Source: the human T2T-CHM13v2.0 reference genome, Homo sapiens
NCBI GenBank assembly: GCA_009914755.4
Contig: CP068257.2
Coordinates: 6,560,001 to 6,624,000 of the forward strand
Length of the DNA stretch: 64,000 bases
Reading direction: 5' to 3'
Positions 27,985 through 39,500 of the stretch are shown piece after piece. Positions within the stretch are counted from its first letter, which is position 1. Each line of letters begins with the position of its first letter. The translations under genes were made by a program, and so were the position numbers. The notes under the pieces are model-generated. The model made no database searches and was not told the origin of the DNA. It was given only the letters and a program-made list of their open reading frames with translations.

Positions 27985-28884
27985 ATATCTTGTTACTCCT
28001 CAGAACCCACTAGATTTAGCATTTCATGGATGACTTGTGTTTGAACAATTATTACTTTGATGGTTGCCAGATGATTATTTTCTTATTGTCTTCTTTGTTC
28101 TACATGGAGAAATAAAACCAATAAATAAGGGAGAAGGAAAGCTCTTGATTCTGATGCTTCAATTCCCCAAGATTAGGCCAGTAGTAGACATTCCAAGCTG
28201 ACTTTATGTCTCTTTGATTTGTCTCCATTACTCTGTCAGCACTTTTTTAATTTCTGGCAGAAGATGTTCTAAGCTCATCTTGTATTTTCTCTGCCCCAGA
28301 TCTGGAATGAGTAATTTTTTTTAGAAGCAGAGGTGGAGCCAATGAGGAAGCACAGGTGAGCCCTCCCCAGTGTGTACTCACTGGTCCCCAACAGAAGAAC
28401 CGCTGCCACATCCACTGAGGTACCAGGAAACTAGCAAATGGCCTTCTGGCTGTCTGGAGAGAGTCCTCATGTGGTCCCTGGCTGAGCCTCAGAGGTTCTG
28501 GATTAGTCTTCCTGTAGCCTCTGTGTTGTGTCTTTAGATCGGGGCTATATGGGAAGGGCCCTGGGAGACCCAACAGCACAGTGTGTCTCATCTGCCAAAC
28601 GTCCCTCCCTTCCTCACACTCTGACACTCAGGAATAGGGTAGATGGTGTGTCCAGGCAGTGTCAGGCCACCTCACTTTCTCCTTTGAGACGGGCCCAGAG
28701 GGCCTTTGGGGTGAGTGTGGAGCTGGGAACCTGGAGCCTGAGGCCAACTGTCTCTCCCTGTGTCTTGGAGGAAAGGCCATGTCTCAAAAAAACCCCCAGG
28801 GCCTGACCTCTGGGTACACATGCAGGGAGGGAGGGTCTATGAGCTGAGGGGGACATTGTAATGAGACTTTGAGCCCCGTTGCTC

Positions 28885-29500
28885 ATGGGCCTGGTCAGCG
28901 GACCATGGTCAGAGATGACCTGGTCATCAGGACCTAGTCATGTGGGACCTGATCAGCAGGGGCCTGGTTAGTGGCGGCCTCCTCAGTAAAGTCCTCATCA
29001 GTGGGGACCTGGTGACCTAATCATTGGAAGCCTGGTCAGTGGGGGGACCTAGTCAGTGGTGGCCTTATTAGTGGGGCCTGATCAGTTGGAACATAAACAA
29101 TGAAAAACTGGTTGGTGAGGCATATACAGTATACCAGAGGCCTGGTCAGTGTGGGGCCTTAGTGGCTTGGAGCCTGGTCAATGAGGGTCTGGTCAGAGGG
29201 GGCTCGGTCAGCTAGGGACTCATCCATGGAGAATTGTTCAGTGGGGGGTTGGGTCAGCAGCAACCTGGTAAATTGTGGTCTTGTCAGTGGGAACCCAGTC
29301 TGGTCAGTGGGGACCAGGTCAGTGGAAAATTGGTCAGTGGGGTCTGGTCCATGAGGCCTATTAAGTGTGGGCCTGGTTAGGAAGACATGGTCAGTGGGGA
29401 CTTGATCAGTGGGACCTGGTCAATGGAGGAGTGGTCATTAGGGGCCTCATCACTCATCACTGGGAACCTGGTCAGGGATGATTGGTCAGTACGTGGCCTG
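28885..29500. repeat. Minisatellite M1: degenerate tandem ~15-bp unit (G)GNCCTGGTCAGTGG
   Basis: Read directly: …gggcctggtcagcggaccatggtcagagatgacctggtcatcaggacctagtcatgtgggacctgatcagcaggggcctggttagtgg… continuing to …gggaacctggtcagggatgattggtcagtacg. Confidence 0.85.
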
Positions 29501-29867
29501 CTGGCCACTATGTGACCTTAGGCAGGGGGCTTTTCTCTGTCACCTCCTTGCCTCCATCTGCAGGGAAGGTGAGTCAGGGCACCCTAGAGGGTGGCTGGAA
29601 AGAGAAGGTGAGAAGATGTGTTGAATCCAATACTGCTTGACAAACCTACAACTTTACAAATGACCTGTGTTCCACCTAGAGAGGGTGCCAGCCCTCTCAG
29701 CAGTATGCAGTGCCTCTCCTCTCTCTTCATCCCCAGGACCACCATGGGTGGGGAGGGCAGAGATTGGGGAGCACCTATAGAGGCTCTAATGTTCTAAGGT
29801 GAAAGTGATGAGGACCTGGGTGCACCCATGAGTGGAGAAGCTAGGCCTGTCCAGAGAAGCAAGACAA

Positions 29868-29920
29868 ACACACACATACACGCGCACACACACACAGGCA
29901 CACATGCGTACACAAACACA
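29868..29920. repeat. Imperfect (CA)n-rich microsatellite
   Basis: acacacacatacacgcgcacacacacacaggcacacatgcgtacacaaacac. Confidence 0.8.
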
Positions 29921-30879
29921 TTGTATATACACGTCAGTTCAAGGGATAGAGGACACTGACTCTGAGCCCTGTTGACCCAAGCAGGCTCCCGTTGTGGTGG
30001 GTTGTCAACCCACAATATCACTCTTCCTGAGTCCCCATCGCCTCTGTGTTGTGGAGAAGTTAGAGACACACAGCAGTGTCTGTGAGTAGCTCTGCATGAA
30101 GGACCATTTTCTAGATGACAGACACATCTCAACACAGCTCACTGATCAGACTCAGGTGAGTGGGACCTGCTCTCCTCTCTTCCTCCTGGCTTGGGGACAG
30201 TCACTATCAGGTGGGTGGTTTTGGCCTCTGGGCAGCTACTGAGGGTAATCTCTGAACACTCACCGGGTGCCTGTTTTGTGCTGACAGTCGTCTCATTCAT
30301 CCTCACAGCAATTCCATTCTGCATTTTTCTCATCACCCCCCTGACCACCCAAGACAACCCCATCAGGGCCCTGTCACCAGGCCCAGTCCAGTTCCATGAT
30401 AACCAAGACACAGGTCCAGAGACAACCGTCCTGCATCGTGCCTGCATCTGATCCCCCTTGGTGGGTAGTGACCAGCACAACATGGAAGAAGCCAGGGCAG
30501 CATGCAGCTCTGCAGCCCCAGATGGCTCCTGGGCCTTGGGAAGTCATTCTTAAAAGGGAAGCTGGTCACTTTGAGGTCCCTGAAAGGAAGGGTAAACGTA
30601 CATCCCAAAAGCCCTGGCAGCCGGCAGCCAGCAGCCAGCAGCATGGCATACATCTTCTCACCCAACCTGTGTGACAGAGGCCCCCTCCTGGAACACAAGC
30701 CCCATACCTAAAGCATCCTGTCCCAGTCGGACCTCATCCTGAGCCCTGGGAGGGGAGGGGCACCATGGGTTCCCTGCAGCAGCCAGGATTACCACCCAGG
30801 GGACTCGGCCTTCTGTGGCCCTGGCCAGACTTAGAATTTGGCCCAAGACAAGCTTACTCGGAGCAACTTCTCAGTACCT

Positions 30880-31240
30880 GGGGCCTGTGCATGCCAGGTA
30901 AGGACAAGCTGGCTCAAAGAGCAACCAGCTACCTCTGCAAGGGTGTGCCAGGAGCAGGTGGAGCAGTCACCAACCTCACCCACTCAAGGAAACAGGGATG
31001 GCCAGGTTCCCACAGTCTGAATGACCACCACCTGACAGCTGATGGAGTGGAGGCCTGAGGAAAAGCAGATGGCACTGGGGTTCTACCTCCAGGGCAGAGT
31101 AACTGATTTACCCTGGCTGGCAGGGAGTGACGTTGGTGGCTGGTCTATTGGCTCCTGGCACACACTTGCAGAGGTGGCTGGTTGCTCTTTGAGCCAGCTT
31201 GGCTTTGCCTGGGATGCATAGGACTCAGTGCAACAAATGT
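30880..31240. repeat. Inverted repeat: ~75-bp arms (30880-30960 and 31160-31240) around a ~190-bp spacer
   Basis: ggcctgtgcatgccaggtaaggacaagctggctcaaagagcaaccagctacctctgcaagggtgtgccaggagc … gctcctggcacacacttgcagaggtggctggttgctctttgagccagcttggctttgcctgggatgcatagg are reverse complements. Confidence 0.85.
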
Positions 31241-31384
31241 GCTGCAAATGGAGCCACATAGAGGAAAGGAGCAGCAGGCTCAGGAGCGGGGTGTGTGCCA
31301 CCTTTGGGGCTCCAGTCCATGCATAGGGGCTTCTACAGCACTGTGGGCTTCTCAGGTGCCAAGAGGCAGAACACAGGCCATCTG

Positions 31385-31545
31385 GAGGATGACTCTGGTA
31401 AGAGCTTCCTTGGGTATGTGGATGATGTCCAGAATGTTGGCCTGGTGTCCCTGAGACAGCACTAACAGGTCCATGACTGGGTCCAGGTCCTGCCTGGGCT
31501 GATTGGCAAAGAGCTCATTGACAGTGTGGAATGCATCTATGGTGA
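31385..31545 (-). repeat. Inverted local duplication of 31880-32040 (part of the terminal-ORF-bearing segment)
   Basis: ctctggtaagagcttccttgggtatgtggatgatgtccagaatgttggcctggtgtccctgagacagcactaacaggtccatgactgggtccaggtcctgcctgggctgattggcaaagagctcattgacagtgtggaa is the reverse complement (≈90%) of …ttccacattgtcagtgagctctttgccaatcagtccaggcaggaccccgacccagccatgggcctgttagtgctgtctcagggacacaagaccaacatcttggacatcatccagatacacaaggaagctcttaccaaagtcatggag. Confidence 0.85.
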
Positions 31546-31867
31546 AGTGGATCTATGTTCAAGTGCAGAAAGGGCCCAATCTGGTAGATGAACCACACAA
31601 CCAGCGTCTGGGTGCAGGCACAGTGCCACATTTTTTGTCACTTCCTGATGTACCCCACCAGCACTGAAGAGACAGCCTGGAGACAGGGCAAGAGGAAGGC
31701 TGAGAAGGATGAGATGGTGAGTGCCAGATTCTTCCTGGCCCTGAGCCCTCCCTCAGAGTGACACTCAACCTTTAGGAGTGGGAGAGCAAGATTGACGGCT
31801 TCAAGTGCTTCACCAAGAAGATGGACAACAGGGCTCTCAGTTCAACTTCACAGCCAATGAGTGGTGA

Positions 31868-32128
31868 CAGGCTTTAAGAAAGAGCATCTTCCACATTGTC
31901 AGTGAGCTCTTTGCCAATCAGTCCAGGCAGGACCCCGACCCAGCCATGGGCCTGTTAGTGCTGTCTCAGGGACACAAGACCAACATCTTGGACATCATCC
32001 AGATACACAAGGAAGCTCTTACCAAAGTCATGGAGAGCAGGCAACATGTGGCAGAAGGGAATACAGAGGTGCAGAGGCTGATGATGTCAGAATCACAGGA
32101 ACAGGATTTCTTTGGCTACTTTGGCTGA
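31868..32128 (+). other. Conserved terminal open frame, copy 1 (86 codons then TGA); candidate last exon of an unidentified gene or pseudogene family
   Basis: [86 protein letters not shown]; the same frame is open in copy 2 (60239-60502) with ~75% amino-acid identity. Confidence 0.4.
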
Positions 32129-32589
32129 AATTCACCACTTCCATCCAATTCCAGTGAGAGACATGGACTCACAGATGCAGCATTTCTTGCAACAAGAGAT
32201 ACTACTTTTTCAAAAAGTCACTGAGGAATTGATAGTGTTGAATGACTCAATACTCAATCGTGGACTGTTTCCAGTTCAAGGATACTTTCTACAGCAGAAT
32301 AATAACACTAGCAAAGAGCTAGTACAAGGATGGTTTTGTGCTCAACTGAAATCCAGCTGAATACAGAATTGTATAGGAAACAGTTAATATGGTGATAGAA
32401 TAGAAACAGTAGCAAATGTGAACTAAATCATGCTATGAATGCCTAAACTACTGCTGTAACTTTTGGAAAAATGATAATACCACTTTATTGCTTTTTGAAG
32501 AATGAATATCTTAGTGTATATGCTCTAGACCTCAAACCCTATAAAGATTCTCAAAGAAGTTGGCTGGATAAAGCCTACTGTGGATGTCT

Positions 32590-33585
32590 TTATATTCAAA
32601 GATTGATGATGCAATTTGAATATGTGTCTCCTCCGAATCTCATGTTGAATTATATTTCCTAATGTGGAAGGTGGATCCTGGCATAACGTAATTGAATTAT
32701 GAAGGCAAATTTCTCATGAATGGTTCAGCACCATCCCCTTGTACCGTCCTCACAATAATGAGTGACTTCTCATGAGGTCTGGTCACTGAAAACTCTATGT
32801 CACCTCCCTACTCTCCGTGTTTTCCCCTTGCCATGTGAGACAACTAATTCTTTCTTTGCCTTCCATGATTATTGAAAGATATCTGAGGCCTCCTAGAAGC
32901 AGAAGCACTGTGCTTAGAACCATGAGACAATTAAACCTATTTTTCAAAATAAATCATACAGAAAATGGCAAATGAGGACTGGAACACTGCTATAAAGATA
33001 CCTGGAAATGTGGAAGCAGCTTTGGAACCCGGTAATGGACGGAGGTTGGAAGAGTTTGGAAGGCTCAAAAGAAGACAGATAGATGAGAAAACTTTTGGAC
33101 CATCTTAGATTCTGGCTCAATTGTTGTGACAAAAATCCTGACAGAAACATGGACAATGAAGACCAGACTGAGGAGGTCTCAGAGAGAAATAAGCTTTCTG
33201 GAAAATGTCTTTATTTTGGATATGGAAAGCTTACACAATGCCTGTACCATCATTGTACCTTAGAAGCAGTGAACTTGCTTTTTTCAGAGACTCATAGGCA
33301 AAAGAGACTGCAGCCTTGACCCAGATGAGATTTGGACTTTGTAACTTTGAGTTAATCCTGAAATGAGTTAAGACTTTGGGAGACTGCTGGCAAGGCATGA
33401 TTGTATTTTGATGTGAGAAGGACATGAGATTCATGGGGTCAGGGACAGAATAATACGGTTTTTCTCTATGTCCCAACCAAAATTCATATGGAATTATATT
33501 TTGTAATGTTAGAGGCGGGGCCTAGGTGGAAAAAGATTTAGTCATAAAATGGTGCAGGTAGATACTTCACGAATGATAAAGGACC
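32590..33585 (+). mobile_element. THE1/MST-type (ERVL-MaLR) element with a large internal deletion (LTR + ~600 bp of internal sequence)
   Basis: LTR-like 32590-32975 (…atctcatgttgaattatatttcctaatgtggaaggtggatcctgg… ccatgagacaattaaacctatttttcaaaataaatcatacag), then internal-region start cactgctataaagatacctggaaatgtggaagcagctttggaacccggtaatggacggaggttggaagagtttggaagg… recalled as THE1/MST-int 5' end. A paralogous copy is at 60990-62050. Confidence 0.6.
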
Positions 33586-36500
33586 ATCACCTTGATGCTA
33601 TCCTCCTGATAGTGAGTGACTTCTCATGAGATCTGGTTGTTTAACAGGCTGTGGAACCTCTTTCCTCACTCTGTCTTCCTCCTACTCCTGCTTTAGGAGA
33701 CATCTCATTGTCCCTTGGCTTTCTGATATAACGAGGAGTCTTCCTGATTCCTCCCAGAAACAGAAGACACAATGATTCCTTCACAGCTTGCAGAAACATG
33801 AGTCAATTACATGTCTTTTATTTACAATAATACAGAAAATTAGAACTGCAGAGAGGAGCTGTGAAGTGTCTTCAAGGCCTTTTTCCCTTTGTCTTGGCTA
33901 TTAGCACAGGGCTTCTTTATATGCAAATTTCTGAAATCTTCTTGAATGTTTCCCCTTAAATGGGATTTTTGTTATTGCTACCTAGCCAACCTGCTATACA
34001 GATAGCTAAAAAAGTAGAAGCAGGCTCAATAGTGGGTAGCAAACAAAGATTGGAAGGGCTTGGAGGGATTAGAGTACTAGAGGGAGTGGGAGGGAGTGAT
34101 TTAATCATGGATGGGTGGGGGTGTATGTGGAAGGGAAAAAGGGGTGGGTAGGGTGGGAGGGAGTAGACTGGCTGTATGGTGGTGGGAAGGTGGTGGGTAG
34201 TAGGAAGGGGGAGTAGCCTGCTGCAGAGGCAGAGCCTCATGGAAAATGCCTACTGGGGAAGTGCACCTGTGGCTTTGCAGGTCTGAGCCCCCATGGCTGC
34301 TCTCATAGATTGGACTAGTGTTGAGTGCCTGTAGCTTTTCCACACGGAGGGTGCAAGCTGTTGGTGGGTCTATGTATCTGGGGTCTGGAGGGTGGTAGCA
34401 TGGGGGCTCCAAGTCCATATTTTCCTTCTGCACTGCCCTAGTAGAGGTTTCCCAAGAACTCTTCGTCTGCAGGAGGCTACTGCATGGAAACAGTAGGAGG
34501 TGGGTGTGGGAGGCAGATCCTTCACCAATGGTTAGGCAACGTCTTCTTGATGCTGTCCTCATGATAGTGTGTTCTCATGAGATCTGGTTATATAACGGGG
34601 TGGCAACTCTTTCCTCTCGCAGTCTTGCTTCTACTCCTGCCATTTGAAATATCTCATTGCCCCTTGGCCTTCTGGTATGATTGGGAGGCTTCCTGATCTG
34701 ATCCTCCCAGAAGCAGAAGCCACTAAGCTTCCTTTACAGCCTGCTGTATAGTGAGCCAATTAAACCTCTTTTCTTTATGATCATACAGAAAATCAGTGCT
34801 ATGAAGTGGAGCCATGAAATGCCTTCAAGGCCCTTTCCCCTTTGTCTTGGCAACCAGCACTCAGCTTCTTTTCATGCAAATATCTGAAGCCTTCGTGAAT
34901 TTTCCCCCGAAAATGGACTTTTCTGTTTTACCACATTGCCAGGCTCTGATAAAGATAGCTGACAATGTAGAACCAGGTTCAGAAGTGAGTAAAAGACAGA
35001 GGTCAGAAGAATTGGGAAAGCTTAGAAGACAGCAAGATGAGGAAAATATTGGACCACTATAGAGAATTGTTAAATACTTGTGATTAGAAGGCTGACAAAA
35101 GTTTAAACACTGAAGTCCAGACTTAAAAGGTCTCAGATGAAAATGAGGAATTTCCTATTAATAGAAGCCAAGATTACATTTGATTGGCCTTAGCAAAGAA
35201 GCTGGCTGCACGGGGACCCTGCCCTGGAGATCTGTGAAACTAGGAACTTAGGGGTGATGATTTAGGATGTATTTGGTGAAATGAACATCTAGGCAGCATA
35301 ACACAAGAGGTGACCTGTCCGCATTGAACAGCCTGTGTTCTTAAGGGTGACCTAAGAAATGACTTCAAGTTGGAACTTCAAGTGGAGATCTAAAGTTTGG
35401 AAAATTTGGAGCCTGGCCAAGTGGTCAAAAAGAAAAGCCGATTTTGAGGGGGAAATTTCAAGAAGGCTTAGGGTATTTGCATAAAAAGGAACCCAGTGCA
35501 AATAGCCAAGACAGTTTGAAACCGGCCTTGAAGGTATTTTAGAGAAGTCTGCAGCAGCCCTTGCTGTCACAGGCCCCTTGGCCTAGGAGAGAAGAATGGT
35601 TTCCTACGCCAGTCCCATGGCCCTGCTGCTGTGTTCAACCGCAGGACACTGCTGCCTGCATCTGTGCAGCTCCAGCACCAGCCATGGCTGAAAGACATAC
35701 AGGTACAGCTCGGGTCATTGCTTCAGAGGTGGCTCAAAGTCTTGAAGGTTTCCATATAGTGTTAAGCCAGTAGGTGCACAGAGAAAGAGACTAGAGGCTT
35801 GGGAGCTCCCGTCTAGACTCCAGAAGATGTACAGAAAATCCTGGATGTTCAGGAAGAAGCTTTTCCAAGAGGCAGAGCCTTATGGGGAACCTCTACTAGG
35901 GGAGCAAAGAAGGGACATATAAGGTTGAAGCCCCCACACAGGGAGGCATCACTCTCTAAACCCCAGATTCATAGACCCACAAACAGCTTGCACCCCTGGT
36001 GTGGAAAAGCTATGGGCACTCAACAACAGCCCTGTCCATGAGAGACAGCCACTGAGGCTGAACGCTGTAAAACCACAGGGGCAGATCTGCCCAAGGCCTT
36101 GGGAGCTCAGCCCTCACAGCCCTGTGCCATGGATATGGGACAAGGATTCAAAAATGATGATTTTGGAGCTGTAGCATTGAGTGACTGGCCTGCTGGGTTT
36201 TGGACATTTATGTATCCTATGAGTCCCTTCTGGGTTTTGTGCTTCTTTCTAGGAATTATTTTTTTCTGTTGGCTGGGAATGCTTACCCATTGCCTGTACA
36301 ATCCTTGTACCTTGGAAGTAGTAAATTTTCTTTATAATTCAGTGACTTATGGGCATAAGGGACTGTAAACTTGTCTCAGATAAGACTCTGGGCTTTGGGC
36401 CTTTGAGTAAATGCTGGAATGAGTTAAGATTTGAGAGACTCTAGGGAAGGCATCATTGCATTTTGCAATGTGAGAAAGACATGAACTTTGGGGGACCAGG

Positions 36501-39500
36501 GACAGAATAATATGTTTTGGCTCTCTCTCTCTACCAAAGCTCATGTGGAATATTAATGGGAAATGTTAAAAGTGGGGGCTGGTGGAAGGTGATTTCATCA
36601 TGGTGAAGAGTGGAGGTTGGATGGTTGGGGGGCGGGGAGGGTTGGAGGGATTGGGGGGCGAGGAGGGTTGGAGGGGATTGGGGGTTGGGAGGGTTGGAGG
36701 GGATTGTGGTGGGGTTGGGGATGAAAGGCAGGGGTGGGGGTTGATCCTTCACAAATGGTTAAACACCATCTCCTTAATGCTGTCCTTCTGATAGTGAGTT
36801 CTCTTCATGATTTTGGAGCTGTGAGATTGAATGAACACTGACCTACTGTATTTTGGATGTCCACTGGGCCTGTGGTCCCATTAGTGTTATTTTTCTTGGA
36901 AATTTCTTTCCTTTGGATTGAGAAAGCTTACCCAGTACCTGTACCATCATTGTACCTTGAAAGAAACAAACACCCTTTTAACTTCAGGGAATCATAGGCA
37001 GAAGAAACTGTAGCGTTGTCTCAGATGAGACTTTGAACTTTTTACATTTGAGTTAATGCAGGAAGGAGTTAAGGCTTTTGGAAACTTTTGAAAAGGTATG
37101 AATGTATTTTATTCTGTGAGAAGGATATGAGATTTGGGGGGTCAAGGTCAGCATAATATGATTTGGCTGTGTGCCCCTGGAAAAACTCATGTGGAATTGT
37201 AATGCCAAATGTTGGAAGCAGGACCAGGTGGGAGATTATTTAATCATGGATGGGAGGGGTAGGGGTGGAAAAAAATGGGGTGGGTAGGGTGGGGAAGAGT
37301 AGGCTGGCTGTAGGGTGGTGGGAGGGTGGTGGGTAGTAGGAAGGGGGAGTAGACTGCTGCAGAGGCAGAGGCTCATGGAAACCTCTACCAGGGCAGTGTG
37401 CCTGTGGCTTTGCAGGCTTTAGCTCCCATGGCTTCTCTCATGGGCTGGGCTGGTGTTGAGTGCCTATCACTTTTCCATACTGAGGGTGTGAACTGTTGGT
37501 AGGTCTATGAATCTGGGGTCTAGAGGATGGTGGCCTCCTGCATAGTCACTCAAAGCCCTTATTTTCCTTCCGCACTGCCATAGTACAGGATTCCCAAGAG
37601 CCTCTGCCTCTGCAGCAGGCTTCTGTCTGGAACACTAGGAGGTGGAGCTGTGTTGGGGGGCGGATCCTTCACCAATGGTTAAGCACCATCTTCTTGATGC
37701 TGACCTAGTGATAGTGAGTCCTCATGAGATCTGGTTATATAACGGTGTGGCACTTCTTTCCTCTCTCAGCCTTGCTCTTACTCCTGCCGTATGAAACATT
37801 TCATTGCTGTTTTCCTACTGGTATGATTGGGAGGCTTCCTGAGTCCTCCCAGAAGCAGAAGCCACTATGCTTTCTTTACAGCCTGCAGAACCATGAGCCA
37901 ATTAAACCCCTTTTCATTATGATCATACAGAAAATAAAGTACTGTGAAGTGGAGCTATGAAATATCTGCAATGACATTTCCCCATCGTCTTGGCTATTAG
38001 CACTGGACTTCTTTTTAATGCAAATATCTGAAGCCTTTTGAAGTTTCCCCCTGAAAATGGACTTCTTTTTCTTCTACATTGCCAGGCTGCAATAAAGATA
38101 GCTGAAAATGTAAAGCAGGTTCAGAAGTGGGTAACAGCCAGAGGTTGGAGAGTTTGGAGAGCTTGAAAGAAGACAGGAAGATGAAAGAAATTTTGGACCA
38201 TAGTAGGCACTTGTTGAATAGTTGTGATTAAAAGGCTGGCAGAAGGATGGACAGTGAAGGCCAGGCTTACAAGGTCTCAGATGAAAATGAGGAAATTACT
38301 GGGAACAGGAGCCAAGGTTACTTTTGTTTTGCTATAGCAAAGAACATGGCTGCAGGGCGACCTTGCCCTCGAGATCTGTGAAACTTTGAACTTGAGGGTG
38401 ATGATTTAGTACATATCTGGTGGAATGAACTTCTAGGCAGCATAGCACAAGGGGGATCCTGTCTGCATCAAACAGCCTGTGCTGTTGTGTGACCGAGGTT
38501 ATGTGTGACCGAGGAAATGACCTCAAGTTGGAACTTATATTTAAAAATGACAAGCAGAGCTCAAAAGTTTGGAACATTTGCAGCCTGGCCAAGTGGTCAA
38601 AAAGAAAAGCTGATTTTCAGGGGGAAAATTCATGAAGGCTCCAGAAATTTGCATAAAATGGAGGCCAGTGCTAATAGCCAAGACAATGGGGGAAAAAGCC
38701 TTGGAGGCATTTCAGAGATGTTTACAGCAGCATTTACTGTCACAGACCCTGGGGCCTCGGAGAGAATGGTTTCCGGGGCCAGCCCCATGGCCCTGCTGCT
38801 GTGTGCAGCCTCAGGACACTGCTGCCTGCATCCCAGCAGCCCAGCTCCTGCTCCGACCTTGGCTGAAAGATACACAGCTACAGATTGCATCACTGCTTCA
38901 GAGGGTACAAGCTATAAGGCTTCATGGCTTCCACATAGTGTTAAGCCAGCGAGTCCATAGAGCACTAGCCCAGAGGCTTCGGAGCCCTCATATAGATTTT
39001 GGAAGATGTACGAAAATGCTTGGGTGTCCAGACAGAAGGCTGCCAAAAAGCAGAGCCTCTTGGGAAACCTCTACTAGGGCAGTGCAGAAGGAAAATATGG
39101 GGTTGGAGCCCCCACACCGGAGGCCACCATCATGCAGACCCCAGACTCATAGACCCACCAAGAGTTTTGTACCCTCTGTGGGTGAAAACTACAGGCACTC
39201 AACACCAGCACAGCCCATGAGGGCAGCTGTGGGGACTGAAAACTGCAAAGCCACAGGTGCAGACCTGCCCAAGGCCTTGGGAGCCCAGCCCTCATGCCCT
39301 TGTGCCCTGGATGTGGGGCAAGGATTAAAAAAGGATGACTTTGGAGCTGTAGGTTTTAATAACTGGCCTGCTGGGTTTTGGATTTTCATGGGATCTGTAA
39401 GTCCCATTTGTGTTTCATTGCTTCTCTGGCAAAAATCTTCCTTTAGGATGGGAATTCTTACTCAATGCCTGGACAATCATACCTTGGAAGTAGTTAACTT

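Larger units (their letters stand above)
30760..32360 (+). other. Duplicated module, copy 1 (paralog of 57215-60800): inverted-repeat-rich segment ending in a conserved terminal open frame
   Basis: Long colinear similarity to copy 2, e.g. cagccaggattaccacccaggggactcggccttctgtggccctggccagacttagaatttggcccaagacaag… vs 57515-57600; …ctgttagtgctgtctcagggacacaagaccaacatcttggacatcatccagatacacaaggaagctcttaccaaagtc… vs 60330-60420. Confidence 0.8.

Noticed and set aside
28247-28886. Overlapping ORFs on both strands in the G+C-rich stretch before minisatellite M1 (possible CpG-island or promoter-like region)
   Set aside because: CpG dinucleotides are actually sparse in the text. There is no TATA/Inr context I could tie to a gene and no downstream exon. 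It is most likely just GC-rich duplicon sequence.
31559-31660. Walker-B/ABC-transporter-like motif (…ILVDEPTT… in copy 2 at 59840-59930, …NLVDEPHNQ… in copy 1) preceded by a loosely signature-like stretch (…LGKAKLAQRA…)
   Set aside because: Only a 5-6-residue motif. The two paralogs are related by a 4-nt indel, so the downstream residues conserved between them (…GTVPH[FL]…S[LD]…) lie in a different frame from DEPT in one copy. No Walker A, Q-loop or H-loop could be found. Not supportable as an ABC pseudogene from sequence alone.
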